This document shows positions 1 to 14,000 of a stretch of DNA of 64,000 nucleotides, piece by piece; position 1 is the stretch's first letter; every line of letters starts with the position of its first letter. Under the pieces are notes generated by a model. That model was not told the origin of the DNA. It did not search any database and saw only the letters and a program-made list of their open reading frames with translations. The translations under genes and the position numbers were made by a program. This DNA is from Cycas panzhihuaensis (Eukaryota; Plantae; Cycadophyta): positions 142,049,741 through 142,113,740 of the forward strand of contig CM041465.1 of NCBI GenBank assembly GCA_023213395.1, given 5' to 3'.

Positions 1-2819
1 TTTGGAATGGTTTACTAGAAAGAGAAATAAGTAAATTAAGGAAATGGTGATGGAATAACTAGAAAGACAAGGTTATGGGGGTATCAAGGAGTGGTGTATC
101 CTAAGAAATCCATGACCTGATCTAGTGTGTATAAATATACAAGGTGGTTTGTCCTCACTTCAAAGCATAGGTTGTGGTTTAAGCTCTCACTAGAGAATAA
201 GGGAAGTTGGCAGCTTGGCCAAGATTCCAAGGTGGGTTAAGAATGCCTAGGGTTATCACTATAGTTTAGCATCTTTAGTGAGTACCCTTTAGATGTGAGA
301 CTAAGGGAGGATTGCCCCCTAAGTACATGTCTCAATTAGAGGCCCATTAGTCTAGGATGGGCTCATCTACCAATTGTAAACAACACTCAAGGATGAAGGT
401 AATTAACCTATCAGTCTTGATTTTGAGTCCTCATGGGATATGATGAATGGAGATAGAAGGTAAATGGGATAAAATGAATCAAGCAATCTTAATAAAAAAT
501 CTTAATTGTAGGTAACGGACCTAGTAGACTTGGGTGAGCTCGGATACTATAAGCTAGGAGTCAAAATACAACATAATAAAGCCATGATAGATATGCAAGA
601 CATCTATGCTAGTAGTATATTTAGCCATGTTATTAGTAGTAGTATGTAGGTATACTCTAGATTAGGTAAAAGTATGGCCTAAGTGGTCCCAAATGGTCCA
701 TGCTATAGTAAAGGACCTAGGATTCCCATAGCTATCCCCATCAATGTGGATGCTCAATGCCATGGGGATTAATACAAATATAGCTTAGGGTAAAGTTACT
801 GAATAAAGTGATGTGGTAGAAATTGACCAATCACCATAAGAACTCAAGTGGGCATGTGTAGTATGACTGAGATGACAAGTGAAACTCAGTCCTTGAGAAT
901 GATTTTATGCCAATACCACAACCTCTTCTAGCCATGTAGGTAGGTTTCAATCATTATTGATACCATAATGGGCCCAAGTAACTAAATTAGAAGGTCCTAA
1001 ATAGTCCACTCAATTGGACCCAACCTATAAACCATAGGTGAGGATAAGGTTGTCATGCAAGCTGCCCCAGATATCTAGGAAGTGGTGGTGAATATGCTCC
1101 CCTAAAATACATGCATATTTTTTATTTTATACATTTTTCTGTTTTTTCCTTTTTTTCTTTTATTCTTTTTGTTTTCTTTCTCTCCTTTTTTTTCTCTTTT
1201 TATTTTGGCTTTAAAGGAGCATATGTGTGAATTTCTTAAATAGTGTGAAGTAGATATAGAGGCAAATTAGACCATGGGGATGCCAAGAAGGCTCACCATA
1301 TTAGTTATGCTTTAATAAAGAGCATAGTTGAACCATGAGAAACAATTAAAGAGGGTTAAATTACCAGATATAGAGGGTAATCCATGTAGCACCCTAAGTG
1401 CCTATCATGGGATATGCATGGAATGGGGTCTTTTGGTTAGTGACCATAAAGAACTAAGATGTCTTGTTACAATAGGGAACCAAATAAGAGATACTAAAAG
1501 CCCTCACCTAAGCTATGAATCAATCAAAATAGCATATTAGTACTCCTGAGGTGATGAAAAGAGGCCACAAGTAGAGGGGGAAGTTATACTAGGAGAAAAC
1601 AAACATGCAAATGAGGCTGGTTTGGGGAGATCCAAAGGCACCTAAAGCTCAATCAATTATCAAAATAATAGAAAAGGGGATTTATAAGATGATAGTATGG
1701 TTAGGGGAAGGTCATGGCTACAAAAGACTGAGTTCAAGAAGTGAATGAGTGCATAAAAGGTAATTTCAAAAAATAATGAAGAAAATAAAACGAATGAGAG
1801 AGTGGAAGTTAAGAAATGCTTGATGTTCATAGGGGCAATATGAGTGCAAAATATGGGGTTATTATTAAGAGACAGTCTTATGGACTATAAATATTATTAT
1901 GTGAGGAGATAAGTCACTAAGGAGGACATAAAGCTCTATCTCTAAATAAAATAAAGTCAATAATGGCATGTGTTGATGACAAAGATGTAAAAGTTGGGTG
2001 ATAGGGAGCACTATGATGAGGGTGTGAGGATGATGATGATAGGTTTAGAGTTATGGTGAAACAAATGGGAGACAAAATAGATGTTGTATGCATGAATTAT
2101 AGCCATCTATATAATCAAGTTTTCTTATTGATTTTTATTTCATTTTCACATTTGGTTGTTAAGATTTCCCTTAAGAAAACGTTTTCTATATTTTTACCTA
2201 AATCTTCCTATGTTTATTGAGAGTAAATTGACTATTAGATTCATAAGTAGATGGAGCTATTAGGTCCAAGGCTTAGCAATGGCCATCATATGCCTTGACC
2301 CAATAGGTGGATCATCCTAGTTCATTTTATTTTTTTGATTTTTAGCATTTTCACTTTTTTAGGTGGGGTTGTTCCCTATTCAGGGAATTTTGGCCAAATG
2401 AGGCATGAATTAAGCCCTGTTCTTGGTTAGACTAGGGTAATTTAATGCCCTAATCTCATTAGGCAAACTAGTTTTGCCCTAGGATTGTTTAATTTTTAAT
2501 TTTTTTAGTTTTTTGGTTTTATTCCATATACCACAAATTGTCACAGTATTGTAAAGTTTTATAGGGAAACTTCATAACACTATAATAATTATAGTGGTAC
2601 TATAGATATGTTTACAGTATTGAAAAAATATTTGTGATATAAGCCAAAAAATAAATAAATTTTAATATTTTTCTCAAAAACACCTCCTAAAGTCAGTTTG
2701 TTAGACCATTTCTAGATATAAGATCAACCCAAATGCATGATGGACTACTATAGTTGATATTTTGTGTATGTTTATAGGATATTTCTATAATTAATAATCA
2801 AGAAAACATTCATACACCT

Positions 2820-3790
2820 ATGTTAGAGCTTGTGGACTTGATGTTAGGCCATGATCAAGAGGTCTTAAGGCACTACAGATAGTTGTAGGTAGTCACAATG
2901 CATCAATATACATCAGACTAGGCCTTGTTAGTGGATTTTATGTCCCATTAGGATAAGAGTAGATAAGTGTTCTATCTTTCAAGTGTGGGGGATGATACTA
3001 TCATTGTAAGTGACATGAGGAGACTTCTAAGGATTCTAGCAAAGGGAGAACCTCCTGAGCTAGGGATTCTACTGAGCACTGAGGATGCTCAGAGGGCATC
3101 AATGACTTATTTCTATAGAAGAGGCTAGTGGGACCACAAAGAAGGGAATGCAAGGAAGACTATGGTTTCTAGTATTCTTTGATTAAGGAATTTGATTATT
3201 TTTATGATTCTATTCTAGATATCCTAGTGACATAACTATAGGAAAGTACCTAATAAATGGATAGATGTAATCTGCCAATGTAATGGTGGTAAGAGGTTGG
3301 ATTAGTCATCCCTCGTAGTGGCCAATATCTAGGCACAACTCGATCATATCTAGGTATTCAAACATGTGGGTTTCTCATATTACTCCCTTTTGTAGTGTTG
3401 ATTCTTTGATAATTTCTATGGGGTGGGGCCTATAGGTAGGCCATAATCGATAACACCCAGAGGATCTCTCATCTACAAGTGGCCATCTCAATTCCAAAGT
3501 TTGTGGGAGATGGAGCAAGTATGATGCATGGTTAATACTACATCATTCAACCTACTAACTCTTAATAATTATGTGAGACACCTATATTGAGATGTCCATT
3601 GGTATAATGATGACAAGGGTGAGTGAGATATAATAGAGCACACAACAATAGCCATGGAGGTGATGAGTGAGGAATAGGAGATTGCCAAAGCTAAGGAGGA
3701 GGAGGAGGCCATCGAAGGAGAGGAGGCATATGGTGCCCAACACAAAGGAAGAGGAAGTTGGCTATGCATATGGAGTGAGAGCATAGGGAG
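2820..3790 (+). pseudogene. Plant Mobile Domain (PMD, aminotransferase-like) relic
   Basis: Manual translation gives D*ALLVDFMSH*DKSR*VFYLSSVGDDTIIVSDMRRLLRILAKGEP (cf. PMD ALvERW..eThTFHl..GEmTiTLqDv..llGLpi.G.pv) and GKRLD*SSLVVANI*AQLD...YSLL*C*FFDNF (cf. y.WG.AvLa.LYr.L...LLQ.WawEr). Stops fall at expected W/Q codons, and there is an acidic tail. Confidence 0.7.
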
Positions 3791-4123
3791 AGACACCTCT
3801 AAGAGATATTACTCTTTATTACTTGCCTTTAGTCCAATTTAGCTTATATTATAGCTTCGTTTGATTGTATATATAATTTTTGTTAATTTGTGGACATGTT
3901 TTATTAGCAAGTGAGGATTTTACACAACTTTGCTCGTTGTATGATCACTCAGGTCTTCCTTATGTTATACATAGAGGGGTAACCTCCTATTATTAATAGT
4001 AGGTAATTAACATCGACATATCCTCACATAATAGTCTTTACCCTCTTATTAAGGGTTAAGGAGATGTGGGCAGCTAAGAGGTATGAGTTACAGTCTTAAA
4101 TTAGGGAGCTAAAGGTACATGGA

Positions 4124-4144
4124 GGGGGGGGGGGGGGGGGGGGG
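4124..4144. repeat. poly-G tract (21 nt)
   Basis: Direct reading. Confidence 0.95.
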
Positions 4145-4326
4145 AGGGAGTACCCCCCATAATAGTAGCTTTACTTGAGGTGGTGCCAGAGGTAGTGGTA
4201 AAGAACATTGACCTATGAGCTCGATTGGAGGAGGTTTAGATGATTCCCTACAAGAGAGGTATGATTACCTTATTATGTATATAACTACTAGATCCTCATG
4301 GAGCCAAAGTAGGACATCCATAACTA

Positions 4327-4942
4327 TGATACATTAGCGAATGAGGAATAAGGGGAGTGAGGCATAGTTTAAGAGGTAGCATCTGAATGCTTAAGAGAAG
4401 GGGACCTTGCCCAAGGGATGACATACCATGAGATGATGGCGAGAGTTATATTTGTTTATGGCAGAGATAAGCTAAAGCCCTAAGGATATAGAATTATATA
4501 TCATATAGCCTAATTAAGAAGCTATACACCCCTATAAGTATTCTAGCTCCTTCGTAGAGTATTTTACATAAGTCTATATTGTACTTTTTAATGTTATATA
4601 GGTACATATATAAGCTAATCGAAGCTTCCACATTCCTTTCATCTTAGTGTACTTTTACGTGGACATGTATGGGTGATTTATATCATCTTATTATATTAGT
4701 GTATATTTTATTTTTATATACCTTTGAGTTGATATTCATTCTTGTGGATAACATCACAACTCACAAATATGGCACATAGGATATTATCATACTTTCATCA
4801 TTTACTTATATGATATGATATCACATACCACACTACTAGTTTATACTCATAGAGGAGTCATATGCCCCCATGGGGAAAAGAGAAAGGCTTATTATAGAGC
4901 CTAAGGTGCCATCATGGGCAAAAAATGAGCTATACCCTATCA
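4327..4942 (+). repeat. Putative 3' LTR of the PMD-bearing element
   Basis: TGATA...TATCA termini with a degenerate purine tract upstream. An alternative start is 4358, after AAGGGGAG. No partner LTR in the window. Confidence 0.3.
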
Positions 4943-6767
4943 GTACATAGTGGAAAAAAAAGGTAAATGTAATGGAAAATGGAAAAGAAACCAGTCAATA
5001 CATAGATTCGAGATGTTTTATCTACATGACACATAGACAAGAGTGGTTTAAAGAATTAGATAACACCAAAAGAAGTGAGATTATATTTAGTGATAATACC
5101 ACTCAAGTTGTAGTTAGTAAAGGGAATGTCTCTATATAAATATATTTTGGAGAAATAAGGTACATTAATGATGTGCTTCATGTCCCAACATTTAAGAAAA
5201 AATTAATATTAGTAGGACAAATGATAGAACAAAAATATAAGATAATCCTTGATAATGAGGAGTGCACCATTAAATATAAACTAAGAATAAAGCAATTGTG
5301 GCTAAAAGACAAATGGCTAGTGATATATTATTCAAACTAGTCATTCCCCAAATAGATCATTATACTTAAAGGCTCTAATCAATGAAGATAGTAAAACATA
5401 GCATAAAAATCTTAGTCATGTGAACCATAATAGTTTGGCCTTAATGAAGAAAATAAAAATGGTGATTAGACTACCCAATATTGAATGTAACAAAGAAATA
5501 TGTGAAGGATGTATACTTGGGAAACAATAAATGGAAAGATTCCCCAATGAAAGTTATAGGTCCAATAGAGCCCATCAATTGGTATATACAGACTTATGTG
5601 GTCTAATGGATGTGGCTTTACTTAAAGGAGCCAAGTATTTCATGACATTTATTTATGACTTTACAAGGATGACTTGGGTTCTTAAGTTTAAGTCAGATAC
5701 ACTTTCATGCTTCATTGATTTTAGAAGTATGGTTAAAATACTAAGTGAACTTAAAAGTTTTGACCCTAATATTAGATAATAGATGAAAATTCATTTCAAA
5801 TGAATTCAAAGATTACCATAGATATTTTGTAATATAGAAAAAATAGGATAACTATTGAAATAATAAAAAGTATACTTAAAGACAAGCATCTAGAAAATGA
5901 ATATTGAGTAGAAGTTGTACATACAACTATCTATTTATTGAACAAGTGTACCACCAAAGTAGTAAGGTGGGTTACACTAAAAGAAGCTTGAATAAGTTAT
6001 AAGCCAAACATTAAGCACTTGAGAATTTTTAGTGCATTACTTATGCACATGTCCCAGATCAAAAGAGGATAAATCTAAATGATAAGAGTATCAAATGTAT
6101 CTTTATATGATATAGTGACTTTTTAGATCTTATAAACTTTATGATCTAAAGGTAAAAGGATTATTATAAGCAGGGTTGTCATCTTCAAGGAAGATGAATT
6201 TTATCAAGAAGAAGTTGTTAAAAAATATAAGGGCAAAATATTATGGTTGAAGTACCTAATACAAATGAAGCAGGACACTCTACTTCAAGTCAAAGGGACC
6301 CAAAACGGTATAAAGGGCTTAAAGCCCTTAAAATATCTTAAACACCAACTTTGAGAGAAGAACTACAAGATTTCAAAGGGTGAATTTTACACTTATGACT
6401 CAAGTTATGGAGTTTAATGAGCCTCATAACTTTGGAGAGACAAATAATCAAGATGAATAGAAACATAAAATGAGGGAAGAGTATAATGCTTTAGTGAAAA
6501 ATGGCACATGGGATTTAATAGATTTACCACCTATCAAGAATGCCATTAGGATAAAATGGGTCTATAAGACTAAGTATAAATTAAATAGATCCATTGATAA
6601 ATATAAAGCAAGGTTAGTTGTAAAGGGCTATGCTCAAATTAAGGGTATATATTATAATGAGACATTTACACCTATTGCAAGGTTAGAAATAATAAGGTTA
6701 ATCATGGCCTTATCTATACAAAAAGATTAGATAATCCATTAAATAGATATAAAAAGTACCTTTTTTA
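4943..6767 (+). pseudogene. Ty1/copia pol fragment (protease, GAG-pre-integrase, integrase, N-terminal RT); element A
   Basis: YIDSRCFIYMTH protease-like motif (~5000), QLVYTDLCG...YFMTFIYDFTR integrase (ORF 5531), NGTWDLIDLP...KWVYKTK...YKARLVVKGY RT (ORF 6470). Many stops; cut at 6767 by the next LTR. Confidence 0.9.
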
Positions 6768-7059
6768 TGTTGGGATAATATTCATTTATTTAAATCATGA
6801 AAGGGTGTGTCAGCATTAGGTCTTGTGAAGCCAACTTTAGCCCACCCCTAGTCAACCTATGCTTAATATTTTAATGATATTTATTAACACAAAAGACAGT
6901 AGACGTTCAGCTTTGCCCAATGTTTTTTCTATTTATATCAGGCTCCATGGCTCAAAGTTATTCTTTAATAGCACCCTCTTATAAAAAAAATTATTAATGT
7001 TTGATTTTATTTGTTATGGTTTTATAATCTATGTTTTGCTCTGACCTTAGTCACCTATA
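6768..7059 (+). repeat. 5' LTR of copia B
   Basis: Starts with TG, interrupts the RT of element A, and ends 2 nt before the PBS. Confidence 0.75.
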
Positions 7060-7061
7060 TT

Positions 7062-7073
7062 TGGTATCAAAGC
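7062..7073 (+). promoter_or_regulatory. Primer binding site (tRNA-iMet)
   Basis: TGGTATCAAAGC vs consensus TGGTATCAGAGC. Confidence 0.85.
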
Positions 7074-8741
7074 TGTGTTACTTATATGTAGGTCCACAAA
7101 ATATTTAATATATTTGATTTATACATTGTATTTATACTTACATTCAATTATAGGGCAATTAAATTAATTATTAGTGAATACAAGTGCCTACATAACCTAG
7201 TTACAGCCCTACGTGGCCCATTCACTTGACCTGCATGGTTCTTCTGCGTTGTTATAGGCTTCATCTCCCATCTAAACTTTATTAACATTGATATAATTGA
7301 TATTTTTTTAATATGCATAATTTTTATCAATCTTTTTACCTCACATATCTCTACATCTCATTCAGCCTGTGTGTGGATTTTATACTCTATTAATCAGTAA
7401 TATTTTATAGTTATTCTGACTATGTATGGACAGACTCTAATCTAGAGTAGATTTAAGGTAGATCTCAAGTTTTTTATTTAAATTTGATCATTTTTCTTTT
7501 TAATTTTAGGATTAATACATTATCTTTGGTTTCATTAGGTCATGCTCATTGTCTGATGATCAAAACCATATCAATCCACTACTCATTTTTATCTTGACTA
7601 AGATATCTTCATAGTGGAGAAGAGGGATTAAGATTTCATCACTCTATTTACAAGATATCATTCTCTGAAGCCACTCTGCCTCTCTGGTTTTCAAAAAAAC
7701 CATCATTATTTTTATTTTTATCAATTTATTTATATTTTTAATATTTAAAACTTTAATTTTTTTTTTTTTTTGTAGATTTGGATGCCTAGATAATACTATC
7801 TCAATCAATTGATTTCTAAATTTTTTTTATTGATCTTTTAGTCGATTCAATTGATTTCTTTCTCTATTTTTACATGCAGATATGTCTGCATAGGTTTTTT
7901 AAATAAAATAATTTGATTTATATCTTTTAATAAAGTTTTTGATAAATTAAATTAAATTAAATAAAAGTTTTAAATATGCTAGCCCCTTTCACTATTAGCC
8001 AATGGTTTTATTGTGTTCCCATGTGACCTTCTACTTTGTTATAAAGGGGTAGATTTGAAATCTAATTAAATTCATTTTTATAACTTTGGATTTTAAGACA
8101 TTTAACTATAATTTATAAAATTTAAGATCTATAGCCCCCCCTTCCCATTAGTAGATGGTCATGTGCTAAGCCTAATGACTAAGGGCTATCTTGCCAAAGG
8201 GGCTTAAGGCTACCCTTCATTTGATCTTTTACCATAAAGAGGTGCCTTTACCTTTTCTATAATAACTTTCCATCCAAGAGTTTATATTTCAAATTGTTTA
8301 AACCATTGGAAAGCTAATTCAGAGCACTTCAATTTGAAATCACTTTGAGACTAATTTAAAGTTATTTTGTAGAACTTTTAAGATGTTAAATTTAGCCTAC
8401 TTGGTTGATCCTTATTTGAGCATTTTACATTATTTTTAAAGCTATTTTTTTATTTTATTCAAGGATATTGATGCTACATTATAGTACTAACTATTATTAG
8501 TAGATTTTAATCTATTATTTTAACTCATAAATATTTTGTAGTTGATTGTGTGTATGATTACTTTTGAAAGTTGAAGAAATCACTCTTGGGTCAAACTTTC
8601 TTAAATAAAAGCTCTCTAAACTATTTTACCACTTTAGATTATTTTATTTAGTCTCATTTAATTTAATTTAATTTCAAATTTTTAATTTGGTAAAAAGAAC
8701 CTTATTTGTAAGAAAGACTATAAAATTAATATTATTTTTAA

Positions 8742-9245
8742 CATATTAATAAGATAATTCCTAAATCAACCAACCTATTTTCTAGCCTTATAAGAGAAAT
8801 GGTTAGGACCCTTAAAGTTACTACTTTACATACATCTTTAGTATAATCTAATTTGTTAAGGAAACCATTATCTATCAAGTGTAATAGGTGATAGGCTAAG
8901 GTGAAGAACCTTTTACCATTAGAGTTTGAAGACTAGGCTAAACTCAAAAGGGCTGAGTGCCTTAGTTGGTCAAGCTCTTAATGTTAAATCTATCACTAGG
9001 CATAAGTCTGGTACAGGTGGATCAACAAATTAAGAGGGTCTTAGACCTTCTTTGCAACTTACATACTAAAGTATATCAAGTTGTATTGCATATTAATGTA
9101 TATCAAGCCTTGAGCTCGCGTACTAGTATATTGGATCCTAGCTTTACTATTTATGGGTAGGCGCCATTAGATAGGATAGTAACCAAGAGCTTTCTTTGAA
9201 GACCCTAAGACATAGAATTATAGATTAGAAATCCCCTAGGTAGAT
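8742..9245 (+). ncRNA. Conserved structured leader block, copy 1 (candidate cis-acting RNA)
   Basis: Colinear homology with 10504-10980 and 58068-58570; hairpin AAGAGGGTC-TTA-GACCTTCTT at 9032-9052. Confidence 0.55.
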
Positions 9246-10503
9246 ATGACATAAATACATTTAAATGTTAATGGCTATGTTTCGCTCATTTTGGCTTACA
9301 TAGAACCCTAGACTTCAGTAGTATTTCTCTCTCAAACCAAAGCCTCTTTTCATATTTTTTCACCTCTTATGGCTTCATATATATCCTGCATCTCCTCATC
9401 TAGAATTTCACATCATTTGGAGTCCATTTGAGGTAGTTTCAAGTAATGTTTGGCTTTATTTCCCTTTGTTGGACCCATGCAGATCCCTAAACTTTAATAA
9501 CATTATTTTCTTCATCCAAAGAATATTTTCAAATCTAGTCACTTCTAGTAGCTTCTCCTCTATCATGCACCTCCTCCTATGAAATTTTATTGCTGTTTAA
9601 TTGGGTTTCTGAGCTCTTGAATCTCTATAAGGTCGCATCCCTCACATGTAGGTCATGCAAATTTGCGACAAGTTTTTTCATTAAAAAACTTTTAATTTTT
9701 CAATATGATTCAATTTTATACATTTAAATTAAGTTGAATCTAATATTTGGTTGAAATCTAGGCCTTTAGCCCCTAGATCTAGTCATATTCATTTACCATA
9801 TGACACTATTTCATTATTAAAAGGACAAACTCCAAAAGTCATTTAACTAGATTTAAAAACTTTTATACATTAAAAAAACATTGAGTTATTTTTTATAATT
9901 CTTCAAGTTCGCCAACCCCCTAGTGGCATTAGTAGGCGGTCACATGTAGCCTTTAGGTGATTGGGGGCCAATTTAGAGGGGGCTTAACCTTATTTTCACT
10001 TGTTTTTTAGGCATAAAGAGGTACCTATACTATTTTTATGGTATCTCCTTAACTGTGCATTTGTTTTACAAACTATTTAAAGTGTCATAAAGTAATTTTA
10101 GAGATCTATAACTTAGAATCAAATTGATTTAGATTTAGAGCTTATTTATAAGAGATATGATTCACTCAACTTAACCTTTTTTATTAAGTTATTTGAGTCT
10201 TATTTTTTAGTTTCTTAAGGCTTTTTCAATTTCTTTAAGGTTCTTTTGCTAGATTAGGTTGTGTCTTATCTCTTTTAGTTATTTAATTCTATTTTTTAAG
10301 GCTAATTAGTGCATGGTGATGTCTCATTTATAGGTGTTACTCTTAGAAAATTAAAAGAATTCACTCTCAAAGTTTGGCCTAATAAAGAGCTTTCTAAACC
10401 TACCCTTATTATTTCAATTTGTATTATTTTATCTTCATTTCATTTATTACTTTAAAAGGAACCTCTTATATATAAGAAACTCACTTTAAAAAAAATAAAT
10501 TTT

Positions 10504-10980
10504 CATATTAAAAAGATAACTCCTAAATTGAACCCCATTTCTAGCCTTATAAGGGGAATGGTTAGGACCGCTAATGTTACTAACACGTATACACCCTTGG
10601 CCTAATCATATTAGATGAGGAACATCATTAGCTACTAGGTGTATTAGGTGGCAGGGTGAGGCAAAGACCCTATCCTCTGAAGTTTGGAGACCATGCTAGA
10701 CCCAGGGAGGTGAGTGCCTTAGTTAGTAAGTTCTCACCACTAGATCTATCATTTGACATAAGTCCATTGTAGGTAGGGAAATAAATTAGGGGGGTCTTAG
10801 GGCCTTTTTTGTGGCCCATATATTGAGATATATTAAGCCCTTGAGCTCACGTACTAGTATATCAAGTCCTTAGTTTTTCACTTATGGGCAAGTGCCATTA
10901 GACAAGATGGTAACCAGAGTTTTCCTAGAGATCCTTAGCTTTAGAATTCTAGATTAGAAGCCACTTAGGTAGATTAGTAC
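10504..10980 (+). ncRNA. Conserved structured leader block, copy 2 (~60 nt upstream of the gag ATG)
   Basis: Same motif series: CTAGCCTTATAAGGGGAATGGTTAGGACC ... GAGTGCCTTAGTT ... CATAAGT ... CCTTGAGCTC ... GGGCAAGTGCCATTAGAC. Confidence 0.6.
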
Positions 10981-11036
10981 CTTATCATACAAAAACTTTA
11001 AAGACATAAATTCAAATACAAAAAATCCTTTCAAAT

Positions 11037-14000
11037 ATGGCATTACAAATGCTCCTTTTAAACACCACTAAACTCAATGGAATAAACAACTTTATACCAT
11101 GGAAGAAGCAAGTTAAAAACTTGCTCATCATGAACAAGCTTTGGGCCTATGTTAATGGGGACATACCACTTCCTGTACCTATAAAAGACCTTAATGATTC
11201 CACTAAAATAACTCCACCAAATCTGGTAGCCTTAACAAACTTCAAAGATAAGGATAACATAGCATTATCCTTCCTCTACTTGGAAATTGAAGACCTGGTA
11301 GATCAAAACATCAAAACTGAATAAATATCTCATAAGGCATGGAAAATACTTTGTGCTCTCTATGAGAAAAAAGATGAATCTAGATCTTTGACACTCAAAG
11401 ATTGCTTATTTTCCATGCCCTTTGCCAAAAATATCACCAATCCTTTAACTAAATTTAAAACTATTAGAAACCAATTTATTATCCTTGGTGAGCTACCTTC
11501 TAATTATGACTTGATTTCCAGCATTATTAACATTCTACCTATTAAATATAACTCATTTATATCCAAGTTACATAAGAATTACTCTAAGATAGACTCTATA
11601 ACCTTTAAAGGCCTCTTACTTTGAGAGGAGAATATACTTAACTAACTAGGGATGATATCAATATTTGACTTAGCTCCTGCCTTTATAACTTGAAACTCAA
11701 AAAAAGATAAGACTATTAATAGAGTAGCTCAATAGATTAGTTAACAATAAGCCCTAGCTCAACACTTAGACTCTCTCTCCATATCATAAGAGTCATATCA
11801 ACAACCAACTCAGCAGCATCTTATTGGCACCTCCTCCTCCTCTTGTCTAACTTAACAATCTCAACACCAACCACAGGGACAATCTCAAAAGAATTAATAG
11901 GGTAAACCAAATGTCACGTGCCTCTACTATGACAAAACTAGACATCTAGCTATTGAATGCAAGAGATGGAAAGATGATTTATAGCTCTTGCAAAACCAAG
12001 AGAGACAAGCATATGGGCCATTTTATCCACAACCACCCCCCATTTATCAACAAAGAGCACCCTCATACTATAAAAAAGGTCCTAGTTATACTTAACCAAG
12101 ATAATGAGTTTCTTATCAACAAGGAGAACCATGGCCTCCTCAAAGAACTCCTTTTCCACAATAAGGATACCCTTATTATCAACAAGGTGGTCTTACTCAA
12201 TAATCAAGAGGCCTTTTCTACCCATAAGGGGGGCCATCATACTAATCGTAAGGCTAATTCTATCAGTAAAATTTGAATCCAAGGCCTATATAAGGACGCA
12301 GACCTCAAAATAGGCAAAAGTTCTCAAATAGAAATCAAAGGAATTAATAGAATAATTAACAACAAGGTGGAAACATGGGATATGGTCAAGACTCCTCCTC
12401 TCATAACCTAATTTTTATAACATTGTCTTCACAACATGATGACACCACATGGCTCCTTGATTTTGGTGTAACAAGATACATGATAGGTTCATAAAAGATG
12501 TTGGAAGAGACCTAACTAATCAACACTCAAATAGTCACATTTAGTAATAACTTGACATATAATATAACCAAAATTAGTAGAGCACCAATAACATTGAAGG
12601 ACTCTAACATTAGACACCACATAAGTAATATATTCCTTATATCGGGTATAAAGATGAACCGACTTTCTATCAGCCAAATGGACAAGTAGAACTTAGATGT
12701 CCTCTTTAGCTAGGGCATTTGCAAAATTATGGACTATGATGCAAGCAAACTTGTGGTCATAGGACATGAAGATAATGACTTATATAGGTTGGATGGAGTT
12801 CTCCATGTCACTCCTCCATAATATAAATCTTGTTCCATGGCCAACTCAACTCAATCTAATAAGGGGAAGGATGTAATTGATGAAGAGTCCCCTTACATAT
12901 AAGAACCTAGAGAATTCTCTAATTCAAAGGATGATGTAATCACAAATAGCTCCAAAGACCACCTATGGCATCAATTCCTAGGTCATTTAAACAAGAAAAA
13001 CTTGAACCTCATATATAGGCTCAAAATGGTACATGACCTACCTAAAATCAAGAGATATTGTAATATATATGATGCCTGCCTAAAGGGAAAGCAACAAAGG
13101 AAAAAATTCCCTTCCAAGAATGCATGGAGAGCTTCACAATTATTAGAGTTGGTATATTCTAACATTTGGGGCCTTACATTCATCTAATTTCTCAATGGAA
13201 GTTAGTAATTTCATCACCTTCATAGATGACTTCTCAAGAAAAGTATGGTTCTATTTCTTGAGAAATAAATATCAAGCCTTAGATATATTCAAAGAGTTTA
13301 AAGCTATTGTAGATAATGAAAGTGGGATGAAAATCAAGACCCTTAGATGTGATAATAGTGGTGAGTACTGTTTAAATTAGTTTAATAACTTTTGCAAGGA
13401 ACATGTCATCCAACGTCAATTTTCTGCTCCTCATACACCCCAGCATAATGGTGTAGCTAGAAGGATGAATCAAACTTTGATCAATAAAGGAAAGGCCATG
13501 CTTAGAACTGCTAACCTTACCACCAGATTTTGGGTTGATGCCATTACCATTGCTACCTACCTAACCAATATAAGTCACATAATTATAGTTAGAAACATTA
13601 CTCCTGAAGAAGCTTGGTCAAGTCAAAAACCATTTGTAGCTCACTTGAGGATCTTTGGATGCACAACATATAAATTTTTTCCAAAAGATAACAAAAAGAA
13701 GCTTGATGACAAGAGCTTTAAGTGCATCTTCCTTGGCTATGTACATAGTTACAAAGTCTATGAAGTCTTTGACACAATTGGTAACCAAGATTAAATGACA
13801 TGGGATGTAATCTTTACAGAATAACCATAAGAAATGACCACTCCTCCACCTCAAATTATAACAGCAAAAGAAGTTGGTACATCACAAGTGACCCTTAAAC
13901 AAATTTTAAAGCCACCAACACCAACTTCATCCTATACTTCTGGTCCCTCATCAATTCCATTGGCTTCTTCATCATCCACTTAGGTAAGCATAACCCTACC

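Larger units (their letters stand above)
1..4942 (+). mobile_element. Degenerate Ty3/gypsy-like LTR element (probably Tat/Ogre-type), 3' part carrying a PMD relic; abuts a copia gag/protease region
   Basis: PMD relic at ~2820-3790 and a putative LTR ending ...CCCTATCA at 4942, immediately followed by copia protease sequence. No RT or IN is visible, so lineage and orientation are inferred. Confidence 0.4.

Noticed and set aside
10604-10640. Hammerhead ribozyme (retrozyme) core suggested by TTAGATGAGGAAC
   Set aside because: Lacks the CTGANGA and GAAA catalytic boxes and the three-stem arrangement in all three copies
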